A stretch of DNA of 64,000 nucleotides from assembly GCA_004431415.1 (NCBI GenBank), contig QPMI01000555.1, positions 20,484 to 84,483 of the forward strand, given 5' to 3'. Positions 1 through 12,299 of the stretch are shown here, piece by piece. The position numbers were made by a program, and so were the translations under genes. Positions within the stretch are counted from its first letter, which is position 1, and each line of letters starts with the position of its first letter. This DNA comes from Cyanophora paradoxa CCMP329. Its lineage: Eukaryota; Plantae; Glaucophyta. The notes under the pieces are model-generated. The model made no database searches. It saw only the letters and a program-made list of their open reading frames with translations, and was not told where the DNA came from.

Positions 1-2965
1 GGCAATATTATATTAATGGTCGGCGCCCGGCCGGCACGGCCGCAAGTTGCAATTGGCATTTAATGTCTTACTGAGAACAGTAATTTAATACAGATCGTGA
101 TCATGATCATGACTCAGTGATCACGAGGAGCCCCGTGCGATGGAAAGCTTCAGTCGCGTCGATCGGGTACCCCAATTTATTTTCCATTTCGCGACGACTG
201 TAGCCCCCCAAATTACTTCCCCCGGGCCCCATGCCGGCGCCATGGCCATGGCGCCGGCCAAATTAAAGATGTAGATTTAGATCGACCTCGAGTCACCGAG
301 TTCGCACGCCGATTCTCTCCGATTCCGGGCCCCGCGGCCGGCCGCGGAGGCTGCGGAGCCCCCTAGGCCTCTAGATCTCGATCTAAGCTCCCAAAGCCTC
401 CCATATGCATATCTTCTGTGATGACGCGATCGAGCGCAGCAGGTCGTCGTGTCGACGTCTGCAGCGGCAGCTGCGCAGCTGGCGCCCGGCGCCCGGCGGC
501 CCATTTCGACTAAACTCTGCAATTGGGATCGTTCGTTCTCCCTGCTCGCTCTTATTTCCCAGCCCCGCTTCTGCTTATGCAGCACTTCCTTCATTGACGG
601 CGACGCATCGATTTCAGAGCCGCTGATCGCAGCGCCGACATCGCGCGCGCGCGTGATTGAGGTCGGGGATGAGCCGGCCGCGGCACGCCAGATCCATGGC
701 AGCGTCGGCGTCGGCCTCGCTTTTCTTCGGCGCTCCCGTGTCGCTGGAGGTCGCGGTCGCCCACATCCGCGCGGCGACGCGAGCTGCCGCGGCTGCGGCC
801 GACGAGAGCTCGCGCGACGCGACCCGCAACGCAAGCCGCGGATCCTCTGATGATTCCTTCGACGCATCGGACGCAGGAGAAGGTGCGCGCGCTCTCGCTT
901 ATCGATATCGTTAAGCTCGATCGGCCTCGGTCCGGCGCCGAGGGCGCGCGCTTGCCCCGGATCCGGATGTCTTTCGAGAACTGCATGCGACTGCTTCTTC
1001 CGCTTTAACTTGTCACGTTGCCGCCCGCGCGCAGGGGCGGGGGGCTGGCTCGCCCTCAACATGGACGAGGCGGAGGCCGTCCTCGCCGCCGCCGCCGCCG
1101 CCGCCGCCGTCCCCGCCTCCCTCGGGCCCCTCACCCTCTGGGAGGTGCGCCCGCGCGCACGAGCAGAAATAATGTTCTCCGCCTTGCCATTTCGATTTCT
1201 GGAGTTTCGCGGCTCGTTTATTTGATTTGTGGGATCCGGAAATGGGAGCTCGAACTCGCTGATTTTTCGATCTGTCAACGTTTCCTTTCTTTCTGGGTGC
1301 AGCCGCAGGGCATCCTTCTTCAATATGTTGCTGCCCTGTTCCTCGATCGTGTTGCCTTCCTGTGCCCAATTCTTCTCCTCTTTTCTCTTGACATCTGCCC
1401 GATTTATATGAGCCCGATGCGATCTCTTCTCTTCTCCCTCGATCAATCCGGATCCGTTCTTCCCGCGGCCGTGCTTTTTTGCAGCTGCCTCGAGCGATTT
1501 TTGGGCTGTCAGTACTATAGCTAGTCCTTTTCTCGTCCGACTAGTCCTTTTCTCGTCCGACAACTCTAGGTCTATTTCGTTTAGCTGCGCCGCTTCGAAC
1601 TTAAGCTCGGAATCCCTTCAATTTCCTTTCCTCTTTTCGAATTCTTTCAAATTTCCCATCGGACGATCGCGGTCGATGCTCAATCTGGTCGTCGACGGTT
1701 GCGGCCCCGCCCGCGGCCCACCCCGAGCCACGCCCCGCGGCCAGGCGCCGGCTCGAGCTGCGTGCAGCGTTTTTTCGGTTTCCTTTTCCTTTTTCTGAGG
1801 CCTCCGAGCCATTCCAGCATGCGTATACCTCGCGATCAGCGCCGCTGCTTCTAGATCTCGGTCCTCCTAAGAATTCGCATTTTCGAACAACTCGTACTTC
1901 CGCTTTTCGCGTCGTAGACCGAGCCTCGGAGCTCGAGAGCTACATTTATGCCTAGACGCGCTAGCTATACAGCTATATATATAGCGGTCGAGCTTCGGTT
2001 TCGACCGTCGGATGCCTTGGTGTGAGAGCGTTCGCTGAGTTGCCGTCGGCGTCGCGCAGGAATTCGAGGGCGGCGGCGGCGGCGGCGGCGGCGAGGACGA
2101 CGCCGAAGCCGACGGCAGCGCGGGCGGCGCGCCGCCCGATCGCGAGCCGGCGCCCGCACGGGCGCAGCCGCATCCACGGCCAGCTGCGGACGCTCGCGCC
2201 GGAACCGAAGGTGCGCGCGGATGCACGCCCCGCCCTCGGCTCGCGCTCGTGCCAGCGCTCGGCTCGGCCAACGTGCCCGGCGGTATCGCGCGCAGCGGCA
2301 GGCGGAGCGGGTGATGCGGCGCCGCGCTGTCGCGAAGGCGAGTGGGGCAGCTCCGGATCCTCGAGCTCGAGCCCCGCCCTGGTCAGTGCGATCGCAATCG
2401 GGGACGATTGCGAGATCTAAGAGTGGCCCCGGCGCCGGCGCCTCGCCTCGGATTCGAATTCGATCGCGAGCTACGAGCCGCCGCTGGTCACAGATCGGCG
2501 AGAAGCGGTGGCGCGTCGGCGTCCAATTAATTCACTTAACTTAGTAAGCTTAATAATTAGCTCCCGTAAGCTTGCACCCCGATCGAGCTGCGGCGCCGGC
2601 GCAATGCGACCGAGCGCCTCTGACGCCTCCACGCCTCTGCGCAGGCGTACGTGGCGTTCAAGCAGCACGCGGCCTTCCTCCTGGAGCCGGCCCCCGACCC
2701 GGCGCCCGCCCCCGCCGCCTCAGGCCCCGGCCGCGGCCGCGGCCGCATGGCCCACTGCCACGTCCCCGCCCCCGTCCTCAGGGTCCTCTCCCCGCTCCCG
2801 CTTTCTTTCCCACCGCATCGGCGCCTCGTGATCGCGTGCGGGGGCGGCAGATCGACGAGGCGGCGGCGCGGGCGGCCCTCGCCGGCGTCTGCCGCGCCCT
2901 CGTCATCCCCCTCGACCCGCCCTCCATCGGCTGGCACCTCCTCCTCCGCCGCTAGCCCGCCGGCC
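1..2965. repeat. Tandem segmental duplication, copy 1 (partner 4241-7258)
   Basis: ggcaatatta...cggccgcaagttgcaattggca at 1 recurs at 4241. The two copies align collinearly with indels up to ...ctagcccgccggcc (~2965 vs ~7258). Confidence 0.95.
696..2955 (+). CDS. Hypothetical spliced protein, copy 1 (exons ~696-882, 1035-1144, probably 2060-2210 and 2297-2381, 2645-2782, 2851-2955)
   Basis: GT-AG junctions join in phase: MAASASASLFFGAPVSLEVAVAHIRAA...WLALNMDEAEAVL...LTLWE...AYVAFKQHAAFLLEP...IDEAAARAALAGVCRALVIPLDPPSIGWHLLLRR*. The indels checked against the second copy in exons are in-frame, whereas introns carry many indels. No family recognised. Confidence 0.6.
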
Positions 2966-3328
2966 CCGCCCCGCCCCACACCCCTTCCGATCCGATCGTG
3001 ATCGTGATCATGGCCGCCGCCTCCGCCCAGCAGCCGCGACATAATGCGAGTTCCGTCGCCTGAATCAGAGTTGCCAGCTGACGTCGACTGTTATTTGATA
3101 TCGATTTCCATCAAAGTAGACCCCTATATTATAACGCAGTTGCTTTGAATTCTATAGCTACATCTTTCAAATTTGAAACTGACCTTGTTAGCTTTATACT
3201 GCCTTATTATTGCCGAGTCGTAGTGTGCGCACTTACGCGTCATCAAGCAGAACCGACTATGACAAGATCATGGTTCGAGCCCCGGCGGGGCGGTTTCTGG
3301 GCGCACGGCCCACCGTACCCCCATCCAG

Positions 3329-3927
3329 GTCGAGATGCTGCTCTGGATCGCCGTGAACGGCTGCCTCGGCGGCAAGTACGGCCTCCCCTGCGGTGCGCGC
3401 CGGCGTATCCCTACCCCCATGAAAACCTCCCGTACCCCCCGAGCGCCGGCGCAGGCGTCATCGCGCGGGAGCACCGCGAGGAGCTCGACGAGCTCACGAT
3501 GGAGCTCGCCGGTGAGGGGGATACGCCGTTCTCACTCCGCGCGCCGTACCCCCCCCCATCTCAAATGACGCCGTACCCCCAGGCGTGGCGGAGGAGGCGC
3601 TGAAGCTGAAGCTCGACCCGGGCCTCTGCCAGCGGCTGGGTACGCCCTCCAGCTAGCCAGCCAGAAGGCTCCGGGCCGCCCCGACGCTCACTCCCCCCCC
3701 TCCCCCCTGCATTCCCCTCCCCTCCCCCCTTCGCCCGCAGTGGACTACTCGGGCAGCGTCTCCCACTTCATGTGCTCCGTGAAGGTCCGTACCCCCCCCC
3801 TCCCCTACCCCTCCTCCCCCCCCATTTTTCGCCGCAGGAGTTCGAGTGGCGGAACGGCTGGTTCGTGAAGCAGGACACGAGCCCGCTGCACATGCAGTAC
3901 CTCCGCGCCCTCGGCTTCGTCAACTGA
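3329..3927 (+). pseudogene. 5'-truncated 3' half of a conserved algal ketopantoate-reductase-like / 6PGD C-terminal-like protein (exons 3329-3392, 3455-3511, 3583-3639, 3741-3784, 3838-3927)
   Basis: Five exons splice in phase to VEMLLWIAVNGCLGGKYGLPCGVIAREHREELDELTMELAGVAEEALKLKLDPGLCQRLVDYSGSVSHFMCSVKEFEWRNGWFVKQDTSPLHMQYLRALGFVN*. The KEFEWRNGWF motif is recalled from microalgal proteins. The fragment begins at an acceptor with no upstream exons visible. Confidence 0.65.
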
Positions 3928-4240
3928 GGGCGGGGGTGGCCATGGGCCGGCTCGCCCGCGGCCGGCTCGCTCAGCTCAGCGGCTCCTCGCGATCGCTTGA
4001 TCGCGACTTGTTTCTCTCTTTTCAATGAAACTCCCCATGTATGCACGGCCAATATCAATTGCATTGAATTTCGCAACCCGTCGCCGGGCCGTCGGCGCCG
4101 TCGCTAACATACCCGCGGCAGCCACGCGCGGGCCGCGGCCGGGCGCGAACCGCGCCGGGTCGCCGCCGGCCCGCACGCAGCGCAGCGCGCGCACGCGCAC
4201 TGCGCAGCGCGGCCGCAACTTGCAATTGCAAGTTGCAATC

Positions 4241-7200
4241 GGCAATATTAATGGTCGCGATCGGCGCCCGGCCGGCACGGCCGCAAGTTGCAATTGGCAA
4301 GTTGCAAGGGAAATTACAGAATCATGATTAGAACACTGAGAACAGTAATACAGATCGTGATCATGACTCAGTGATCACGAGGAGCCCCGTGCGATGGAAA
4401 GCTTCAGTCGCGTCGATCGGGTACCCCAATTTATTTTCCATTTCGCGACGACTGTAGCCCCCCGGCCCAAATTACTTCCCCCGGGGCCGGCGCCATGGCC
4501 ATGGCGCCGGCCAAATTAAAGATGTAGATTTAGATCGACCTCGAGTCACCGAGTTCGCACGCCGATTCTCTCCGATTCCGGGCCCCGCGGCCGGCCGCGG
4601 AGGCTGCGGAGCCCCCTAGGCCTCTAGATCTAGATCTCGATCTAAGCTCCCAAAGCCTCCCATATGCATATCTTCTGTGATGACGCGATCGAGCGCAGCA
4701 GGTCGACGTGAGCGCAGCACGTCGACGTGTCGACGTCTGCAGCTGCAGCTGCGCAGCTGGCGCCCGGCGCCCGGCGGCCCATTTCGACTAAACTCTGCAA
4801 TTGGGATCGTTCGTTCTCCCTGCTCGCTCTTATTTCCCGGCCCCGATTCTGCTTATGCAGCACTTCATTGACGGCGACGCATCGATTTCAGAGGCGCTGA
4901 TCGCAGCGCCGACATCGCGCGCGCGCGTGATTGAGGTCGGGGATGAGCCGGCCGCGGCACTCCAGATCCATGGCAGCGTCGGCGTCGGCCTCGCTTTTCT
5001 TCGGCGCTCCCGTGTCGCTGGAGGTCGCTGTCGCCCACATCCGCGCGGCGACGCGAGCTGCCGCGGCCGCGGCCGACGAGAACTCGCGCGACGCGACCCG
5101 CAACTCAAGCCGCGGATCCTCTGATGATTCCTTCGACGCATCGGACGCAGGAGAAGGTGCGCGCGCTCTCGCTTATCGATATCGTTAAGCTCGATCGGCC
5201 TCGGTCCGGCGCCGAGGGCGCGCGCTTGCCCCGGATCCGGATGTCTTTCGAGACCTGCATGCGACTGCTTCTTCCGCTTTAATTTGTCACGTTGCCGCCC
5301 GCGCGCAGGCGCGGGGGGCTGGCTCGCCCTCAACATGGACGAGGCAGAGGCCGTCCTCGCCGCCGCCGCCGCCGCCGCCGCCCTCCCCGCCTCCCTCGGG
5401 CCCCTCACCCTCTGGGAGGTGCGCCCGCATGAGCGGAAATAATGTTCTCCGCCCTGCTGTTTCGATTTCTGGAGTTTCGCAGCTCGTTTATTTGATTTGT
5501 GAGATCCGGAAATGGGAGCTCGAACTCGATGATTTTTTGATCTGTCAACTTTTCCTTCCTTTCTGGGTGCAGTCCGACGGATATCACGGATACGTATCCT
5601 TCTTCAAGCACTGTTTCCTCGACCGTGTTGCCTTCCTGTGCCCAATTCTTTTCCTCTTTTCTCTTGACATCTGCCCGATGTACATGAGCCCGATGCGATC
5701 TCTTCTCTTCTCCCTCGATCAATCCGGATCGATATCCATTCTTCCCGTGCTTTTTCTCAGCTGCCTCGAGCGATTTTCGGGCTGTCAGTACTAGTCCTTT
5801 TCTCGTCTCGTCTCGTCCGCGCCGGCCCCGCTTCGAACTTGAGCTCGGGATCCCTTCGATTTCCTTTCCTCTTTTCTTTCGAATTTCCCATCGGACGATC
5901 GCGGTCGATGCTCAGTCTGGCCGTCGACGGTTGCGGCCCCGCCCGCGGCCCACCCCGAGCCAGGTCAGGCGCCGGCTCGAGCTGCGTGCAGCGTTGTTTC
6001 GGCTTCCTCTTCCTTTTCTGCGGCCTCCAAGCCATTCCAGCATGCGTATACCTCGCGATCAGCACCGCTGCTTCTCGGTCCTCCTAAGAATTCTAATTTT
6101 CGAACATCTCACGATCGTACTTTTCGCGTCGTAGACCGAACTCGAGAGCTGTGTAGAAGGCCGTGGCTAGACGCGCTAGCGTTTGAGCTTCGGTTTCGAA
6201 CATCGGATGCCTTGGTGTGAGAGCATTCGCTGAGTTGCCGTCGGCGTCGCGCAGGAATTCGAGGGCGGCGGCGGCGGCGGTGGCGGCGAGGACGACGCCG
6301 AAGCCAACGGCAGCGCGGGCGGCGCGCCGCCCGATCGCGAGCCGGCGCCCGCGCAGCTGCAGCTGCAGGCGCAGCCGCACCCACGGCCAGCTGCGGACGC
6401 TCGCGCCGGAACCGAAGGTGCGCGCGGATGCACGCCCCGCCCTCGCCCTCGGCTCGCGATAGGGCCAGCGCTCGGCTCGACCAACGTGCCCGGCGGTACT
6501 ACGGTATCGCGCGCAGCGGCAGGCGCAGGGGGCGTTGCGGCGCCGCGCTGTCGCGAAGGAGAGTGGGGCAGCTCCGGATCATCGAGCTCCGCCCTGGTCA
6601 GTGCGATATCGATCGGCGTCCCGGGTCAAGCAAGCTTAAGCTTTAAGGGGACTACCGCGAGATCTAATTTATAAGAGTGGCGCCGGCGCCTCGGATTCGA
6701 ATTCGATCGCGAGCTACGAGCCGCCGCTGGTCGCGGATCGGCGAGAAGCGGTGGCGCGCCGACGTCCCCGCGGCCGCGCGTCCAATTAATTCACTTGAGC
6801 TTAATGATCAGCTCCCTTGCACCCCGGCCCGAGCTAGCGCTGCGGCGCCAGCTGCAGCCCAATGTGACCGATCTCGAGCGCCTCTGACGCCGACGGCCGC
6901 GGGGCGCGGGGGCCCCCTCTGCGCAGGTGTACGTGGCGTTTAAGCAGCACGCGGCCTTCCTCCTGGAGCCGGCGCCCGACCCGGCGCCCGCCCCCGCCGC
7001 CTCGAGCTCCGGCCGCGGCCGCGGCCGCATGGCCCACTGCCACGTCCCCGCCCCCGTCCTCAGGGTCCTCTCCCCGCTCGCGCTTTCTTCAAATTCCCGG
7101 CGCCTCGGCGCCTCGTGATCATGACCACGTGCGGGGGCGGCAGATCGACGAGGCGGCGGCGCGGGCGGCCCTCGCCGGCGTCTGCCGCGCCCTCGGCATC

Positions 7201-7258
7201 CCCCTCGACCCGCCCTCCATCGGCTGGCACCTCCTCCTCCGCCCCTAGTCCGCCGGCC
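4241..7258. repeat. Tandem segmental duplication, copy 2 (partner 1-2965)
   Basis: Collinear high-identity match to 1-2965. Confidence 0.95.
4970..7248 (+). CDS. Hypothetical spliced protein, copy 2 (paralogue of 696-2955)
   Basis: Same exon structure and splice sites. The frame is preserved and ends ...VCRALGIPLDPPSIGWHLLLRP*. Confidence 0.6.
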
Positions 7259-8073
7259 ACGCCTGTGGCCACAGCAAAAGTCAAAGCTATTGAAAGCCTG
7301 TGGCCCCCGCTCATGATCAACGGCTAGCACTTCGAATTCCGCCCCGGCCATGGCCAGCCTGCCGCGCCCGCGGCCCGGCCCGCCCCAGCCCTGGCCATGC
7401 ATATGGGCGCAACCTAGGCCTAGGCCTAGGCCTGCCGTCCCCGCGCCCGGCCCAGGCCAGCCTGCCGCGCCTGCGCCTCGCCAGCCGGCGGCCCCCGGCC
7501 GGCGCCGGCCCCGCCAGCAGTGCCCGGTGCCCAGCACCCGGCCGCGGACCCATGCATCCGCGGCCTATATATATAGCTGAAGCGCTAGCTATAGCTAGCG
7601 CTCGGGGGAGTGCTAGATCGATATTATAAATCATTTAATTAACAGTGCTTGAAGTTTTCGATTCGTCGCATGCATTCGAGAGAAAGCTGTAATTATCAAT
7701 GCTTGCAAGTTTTTCGATTCGATGCATTTGAGGGAAAACGTCATCAAAAAAAATGAGTGAAGGGCTACGTCATCGCGATCACCTCTTCTGCCTTCCCTTT
7801 AGCCCTTCAGCCCTTCAGCCCCGCCGCCGAGCGCGCACCCACTAGTACTCCGCCCTTCACCGCGCGCGCGCCAGCTATAGCTAGCTGCTCAACCCGCGCC
7901 CCCTCGCGATCGCTACTGTCGATCGCTCGACCCGCGCCCCCGCTCACTCCGGTCGACGAGCCGCTGAGCGCAGCAGCAGCAGCAGTAAGAGCAGCAGCAG
8001 CAGCGCGCCAGCTACCAGCGAGCACCGCAGACCAGAATCAGCGCCAGAGCACCGCACGCGCACGATCGATACC

Positions 8074-9818
8074 ATGGCTGCGCGCGGCTCTATGATCAAG
8101 CCCTATCTCGAGCCCGGGCGGATGGCGAAGACGGGGGCGCCAGACCCCGCCATCGTGGCGAAGTATCCCGCGAACTTCAAGTCCACGCACGAGAAGCTGA
8201 CGTGCGGCGATGCGCCCTGCCTGCTCTTCCTCGGCTCCATCAAGGCCAAGAGGTACTGCAACGTGTGCGGAATCGATCAGCTCGCCGGCTCGACGGTCTA
8301 CCTCTCCGACCACTGCTCCGGATCCATGGACGTCTGCATGAAGTGCTACGAGGAGGAGGTGCACGCCCCTCCCGGCGCCGCGATCCCTCGAGCTCCCTCG
8401 CGCCGCGTTTGCGCCCCGTACACATATTTACGACTCTCGCGCGCTTCCGCAGGCTCGCACTGGTCGCGCGACAACAGTAGAGGGCGCCAAGCCCCAGATT
8501 CATGCTCCGCCGGCTCCCAAGCCCGCGGCACCGGCGCCTCCTCCCGCCCCGGTTCTTGTCCCGGCTCCGGCTCCCGCGGCGCCCGCCTCCGCGCCTGCAA
8601 GCCACGACTACTCCACGGGCCTGTGCGACTGCCTCAGCGACACTGAGAGCTGTGCGCACGCATGCGCTCCTCTAAACTTCTCTCGAATTCGTCTCGCTGT
8701 TTCTCTATTCCTGACGCCCTCTGCGTTTAATTTGCAGGCCTGATCACATGCTTCGTCCCGTGCTTCCAAATTGGCTGGACCGGTGCGCTGCAGCTGCGAT
8801 CCTCGCATTCCGCATGCACATCCCTCCGCAGTCGCTGATTGTGATATCGATCCCCGCCCGCAGCTGAGAAAGTGCGTTGATTTGAAGAATTCGAAGGCCG
8901 CACGCGCGAAGGCCCTTCAACTTCGTTTGCTGACTCGCCGCGCCGCGGCAGCTCGACGGGAGCAGCTGCGTGGACGCCGCGTGCGCAAATCCCGCCCCCC
9001 CACGCGAGCTCGAGCCGCGAGCTCGCTCACCGACGCTCGCTGCGCCCGCCTCGTGCCCCGCAGGCTGAAGTCCTGCGTTGCGACGTGCCTCTGCGGCAAC
9101 GCCGGTCTCTTCGTGCGCCCCGCGAGCCTTAGCTTCCGAAAAATATTTCCATGGTCTCTGATTTACTCGCTTGCCCCGCGCCGCCGCAGTTCTGTGGGTG
9201 CGCCTCGGGAATTTGAAATCTCGCGGGCACCCGCTGCGATCGATAGATCGCTATCCCCTCTAAGCCTCCCGATCCGCTCCGGATGCGCAGCTTCGACTGG
9301 CGCCAGAAGATCCGCAAGACCTACAGCCTCGGCGTGCGCACGCGCGCGCCTCCTTCCCTTCGCTTCCGTATCGATACCCTGCGCGCGCAGGAGGACCGCA
9401 CAATGGACTGCCTGAAGATGTGGTGCTGCACCTGCTGCGCGTGCGCTGAATTGTTACTCACGTTCTCGGGCTCCGCTCGAGCTCGCTTAAATATTTATCA
9501 ATTTCCCCGCCCGCCCCGCAGCATCGCTCAGGACGCCCGCGAAGTGAAGTGCGCCCTGCCCCGGCCCGAGTGCAATATATACAATATACAATATACAAGT
9601 TCTAACCCGCCGCGTGCAGGAAGCGGACGACGCCGGTGGGGAAGAACCCGATGGCGGCCCCCGCGAGCCCGCCCGCCTTCAACAAGCCGCCCCCGGCCGC
9701 CTTCGGGGCGAGCCCCAGCGCCCACGGGGCCGGCGGGCATGGCCACTTCACGGCCATCGACGTCCACGTCGAGCACGACCAGCAGGCCGCCCCCGCCGGC
9801 AAGTTCAACCAGATGTGA
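8074..9818 (+). CDS. PLAC8 (Cys-rich, FW2.2/PCR-like) family protein with N-terminal ZZ-like Zn finger; 11 exons: 8074-8358, 8453-8651, 8738-8782, 8864-8871, 8952-8980, 9064-9112, 9190-9197, 9291-9333, 9391-9440, 9522-9548, 9620-9818
   Basis: All GT-AG junctions are in phase. The spliced product has YSTGLCDCLSDTESCLITCFVPCFQIG...RQKIRKTYSLGEDRTMDCLKMWCCTCCAIAQDAREVK, the classic PLAC8 motifs. The N-terminus has CNVC...HC...DVCMKC. Confidence 0.9.
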
Positions 9819-10224
9819 TCGTAATAGCCCCCGCCCCCGCCGGCAAGTATGGCTCTTGCTGTTCTCTTCGCGACCCCTTCGAGGAAATTTCTGCGATGCT
9901 CTTCATTTTCTCCTCCTGAATAAATCGGCATTTAATCCCTTTCCATATGCATGTCATTCGAAGAATTGTTATGCATTTCGATCATGATGTGAAAAGCTAA
10001 GTAGCTAGATATGTATAGCGCTAGTGCAATGTTGACTGTAAAGCAGGAAGAATTCCGGTACTAGATGTAGGTGTATTCTTTGTGAGATCAATTAACGTGT
10101 GCCAGAATGCTTCCGAAATTCGTGCCGCGCGTTTCAAGGCTTATCGCGAAAATTCAGAGCTGTCGGGCCGGCCCGGCGGCCCGGGGAAATATCTCAAGAC
10201 AAGAATTCCCAAATATGAGAGAGA

Positions 10225-11076
10225 TTAATCAATACGAGCGAGCGTCCGACGGTCAGCTCCCATAGAGGCACTCCCCACCCTGCGCCGTTCGCGCGAAATG
10301 ACCCCGGGGCAGAAGCCCCGCGCGGCCATCTCCGCCAGAACGCTTTCGTACAGCGCAACGGGCATCTGCCGCAGCGCGCGGGTAAATAAGAGGGCTCAGG
10401 AAGTGCATGTGCACACTATAATTAGTTATCGGGAGGAAATCCTCGCGCGGCGCGCGGCCACCGCGCGAAATTTGCGAAACGTGGTTCGCGCGCCTGCTGG
10501 TCGCGCGATAGGATCCAGATCCAGCGCCGGCTAGGCCCTGAGGCTCCGTCACCTGCGCACTCAGTGAACTGAATTCGAAGCTTCAATTCGAGCATCGGAA
10601 CCCCGCCGAACTACTAGGATACTTAGTACTCGTGCCATCGCGCACCACCGCCCAGTCATATTGCTGGACGGCGCCCGCTTTTAAATTCTGGCTCTGAGAT
10701 TGTCCAGCTCCGAGCATCGCGATCCAGTAGGGAACGCTGAACTCCAACGCGTTGCTCTCGCCGCCGCCTCCGGATCCGGCGGGCCCGGGGCCGCCTGCAG
10801 CTGATCCGAGGAGGCGACTAATTTTCGCGCATGCCGCAAAATTCGCGAACTGCCTTGACGGCCGCGGATTAATTTATTGGCAGTCTGAATAATGAACAAG
10901 GCAGTCTTGTCTAACTGCTGTATGCAGCGAGGTCGAGGGACGGGACAGTTACGGGCGGCTCCGACGACGACGTGCATTCGGCGCCCAGCGCGACTGCGAC
11001 AGCAGCGCACACTGCAATCGCGAGTGCGCGTACGTAGCGCAGAAGCTGCAGCTGACGATCTGGATCGGTAATTCAT
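10225..11076 (-). pseudogene. Lipocalin (Blc/ApoD/TIL-like) gene, disrupted
   Basis: Minus-strand exons give PVTVPSLDLAAYS, PYWIAMLG...QYDWAVVTEP, WIWILSRDQQ and MPVALYESVLAEMAARGF, which match lipocalin N-terminal, SCR2-region and SCR3 motifs. There is a frameshift at ~10530, and the GxW/central strand exons are not found. Confidence 0.75.
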
Positions 11077-11341
11077 GTCGGCAGTTGCAGCAACCGGTAC
11101 ATTGCAAGCTGTTCCTGGATGGGAGCTCGAGAGAACTCTGGAGAGAAAGCTCGTCGAGAGAGGAGCTCTCTATCGATTTATATCGCTCGCGGCCGGAGCG
11201 CGAGCTCGCGAGGTCCTCGATATAAATCGATCGATATCGATCTCGATATCTCAATCGAAATCTCCCCTCGCTTAATTAAGCTTCCGCGCCTCCTCTAAGA
11301 AGGAATTCAGCACCACGCTCTGGGCGCCGCGGCTGGCCCGG

Positions 11342-12136
11342 ATGTCCGCGATGCAGACACCAGCCGCGGGTTCGAACGCTTCCGTCTCCGACTTCGAAAT
11401 TCGCCAGGCACGCGAAAGCGATCGAGAGCAAGCGCTAGCGAACGGAGTGCCAGATCGCGAGCAAGTGGAAGTTCGTCCAGGTACGCGCGCGCGCTGTCGT
11501 CTTCGCTGTCAAATTCGCGCGTGGGGCGCGTGAATAGTTTTAATAACCAGCCGGCGCTGGCGGCCTGCGAAACCCCACCGCGAAAAATTTGCTCACCGGA
11601 GTTCTCACCGTCCAGGTCTCACGCGCGAGTTCTGGGAGCAGCAGGAGTATGGAATGAATCCTCGGGACGAGTCTCGCTATGAAGAGGTGCGCTGCTGGTC
11701 GTGGCGGCTAACGCTGTCTGCCCTACGTATATATACTAATTATAATTGCATAAACCACCGGTACCGCGATCGGCTCGCGCTCGAGCTCGCACTCACACCT
11801 GGGGCAGGACCAGGAATACACGCGGGCTTGCACGTGGAGCGCGCATCAGGACGCGTTCCCGCTTGACATAGACGCGACGTGGGTTCGTACGCGTGCGCGT
11901 GCCCGCGTGATTTCGAAGCGCGCGCAAGATCGAATCTGCGCATGCGCATGCATCTGACGCTCCACGTGCAGCTGCAGGAGCCGGGACCGGCGGCTGCGGC
12001 GGCTGCGGCGGCGAGCGAGCCGGTGCAGCACGCGCAGGAGCTGGCGCGCGCGATCTTCTCGAGGGACATGGACGCCCTCCTAGACCCCATCTTCGATTTC
12101 AACGCCCCAGAGCCCCCGGACGACAGATACGATTGA
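11342..12136 (+). CDS. Small hypothetical acidic protein (~4 exons)
   Basis: In-phase splicing gives MSAMQTPAAGSNASVSDFEIRQ...|GLTREFWEQQEYGMNPRDESRYEE|DQEYTRACTWSAHQDAFPLDIDATW|EPGP...MDALLDPIFDFNAPEPPDDRYD*. A decayed paralogue lies at ~21525-22075. Confidence 0.5.
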
Positions 12137-12299
12137 TCATGCATATGATTATAATTACATTCAAATTAAATCAATTCGATCTCGATCGTGCAGCGAACTA
12201 ATTATAAGGCATCGCAACCCTACTCGCACGCGTGCAACACGTTATTCGTAATTATAATAAATCGTTTAACCCCTGGCGGGGCCAACCGCGCGCGAGCCC

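Noticed and set aside
277-1563. 428-aa minus-strand ORF
   Set aside because: Antisense to a spliced plus-strand gene and broken by frameshifts/stops in the tandem copy.
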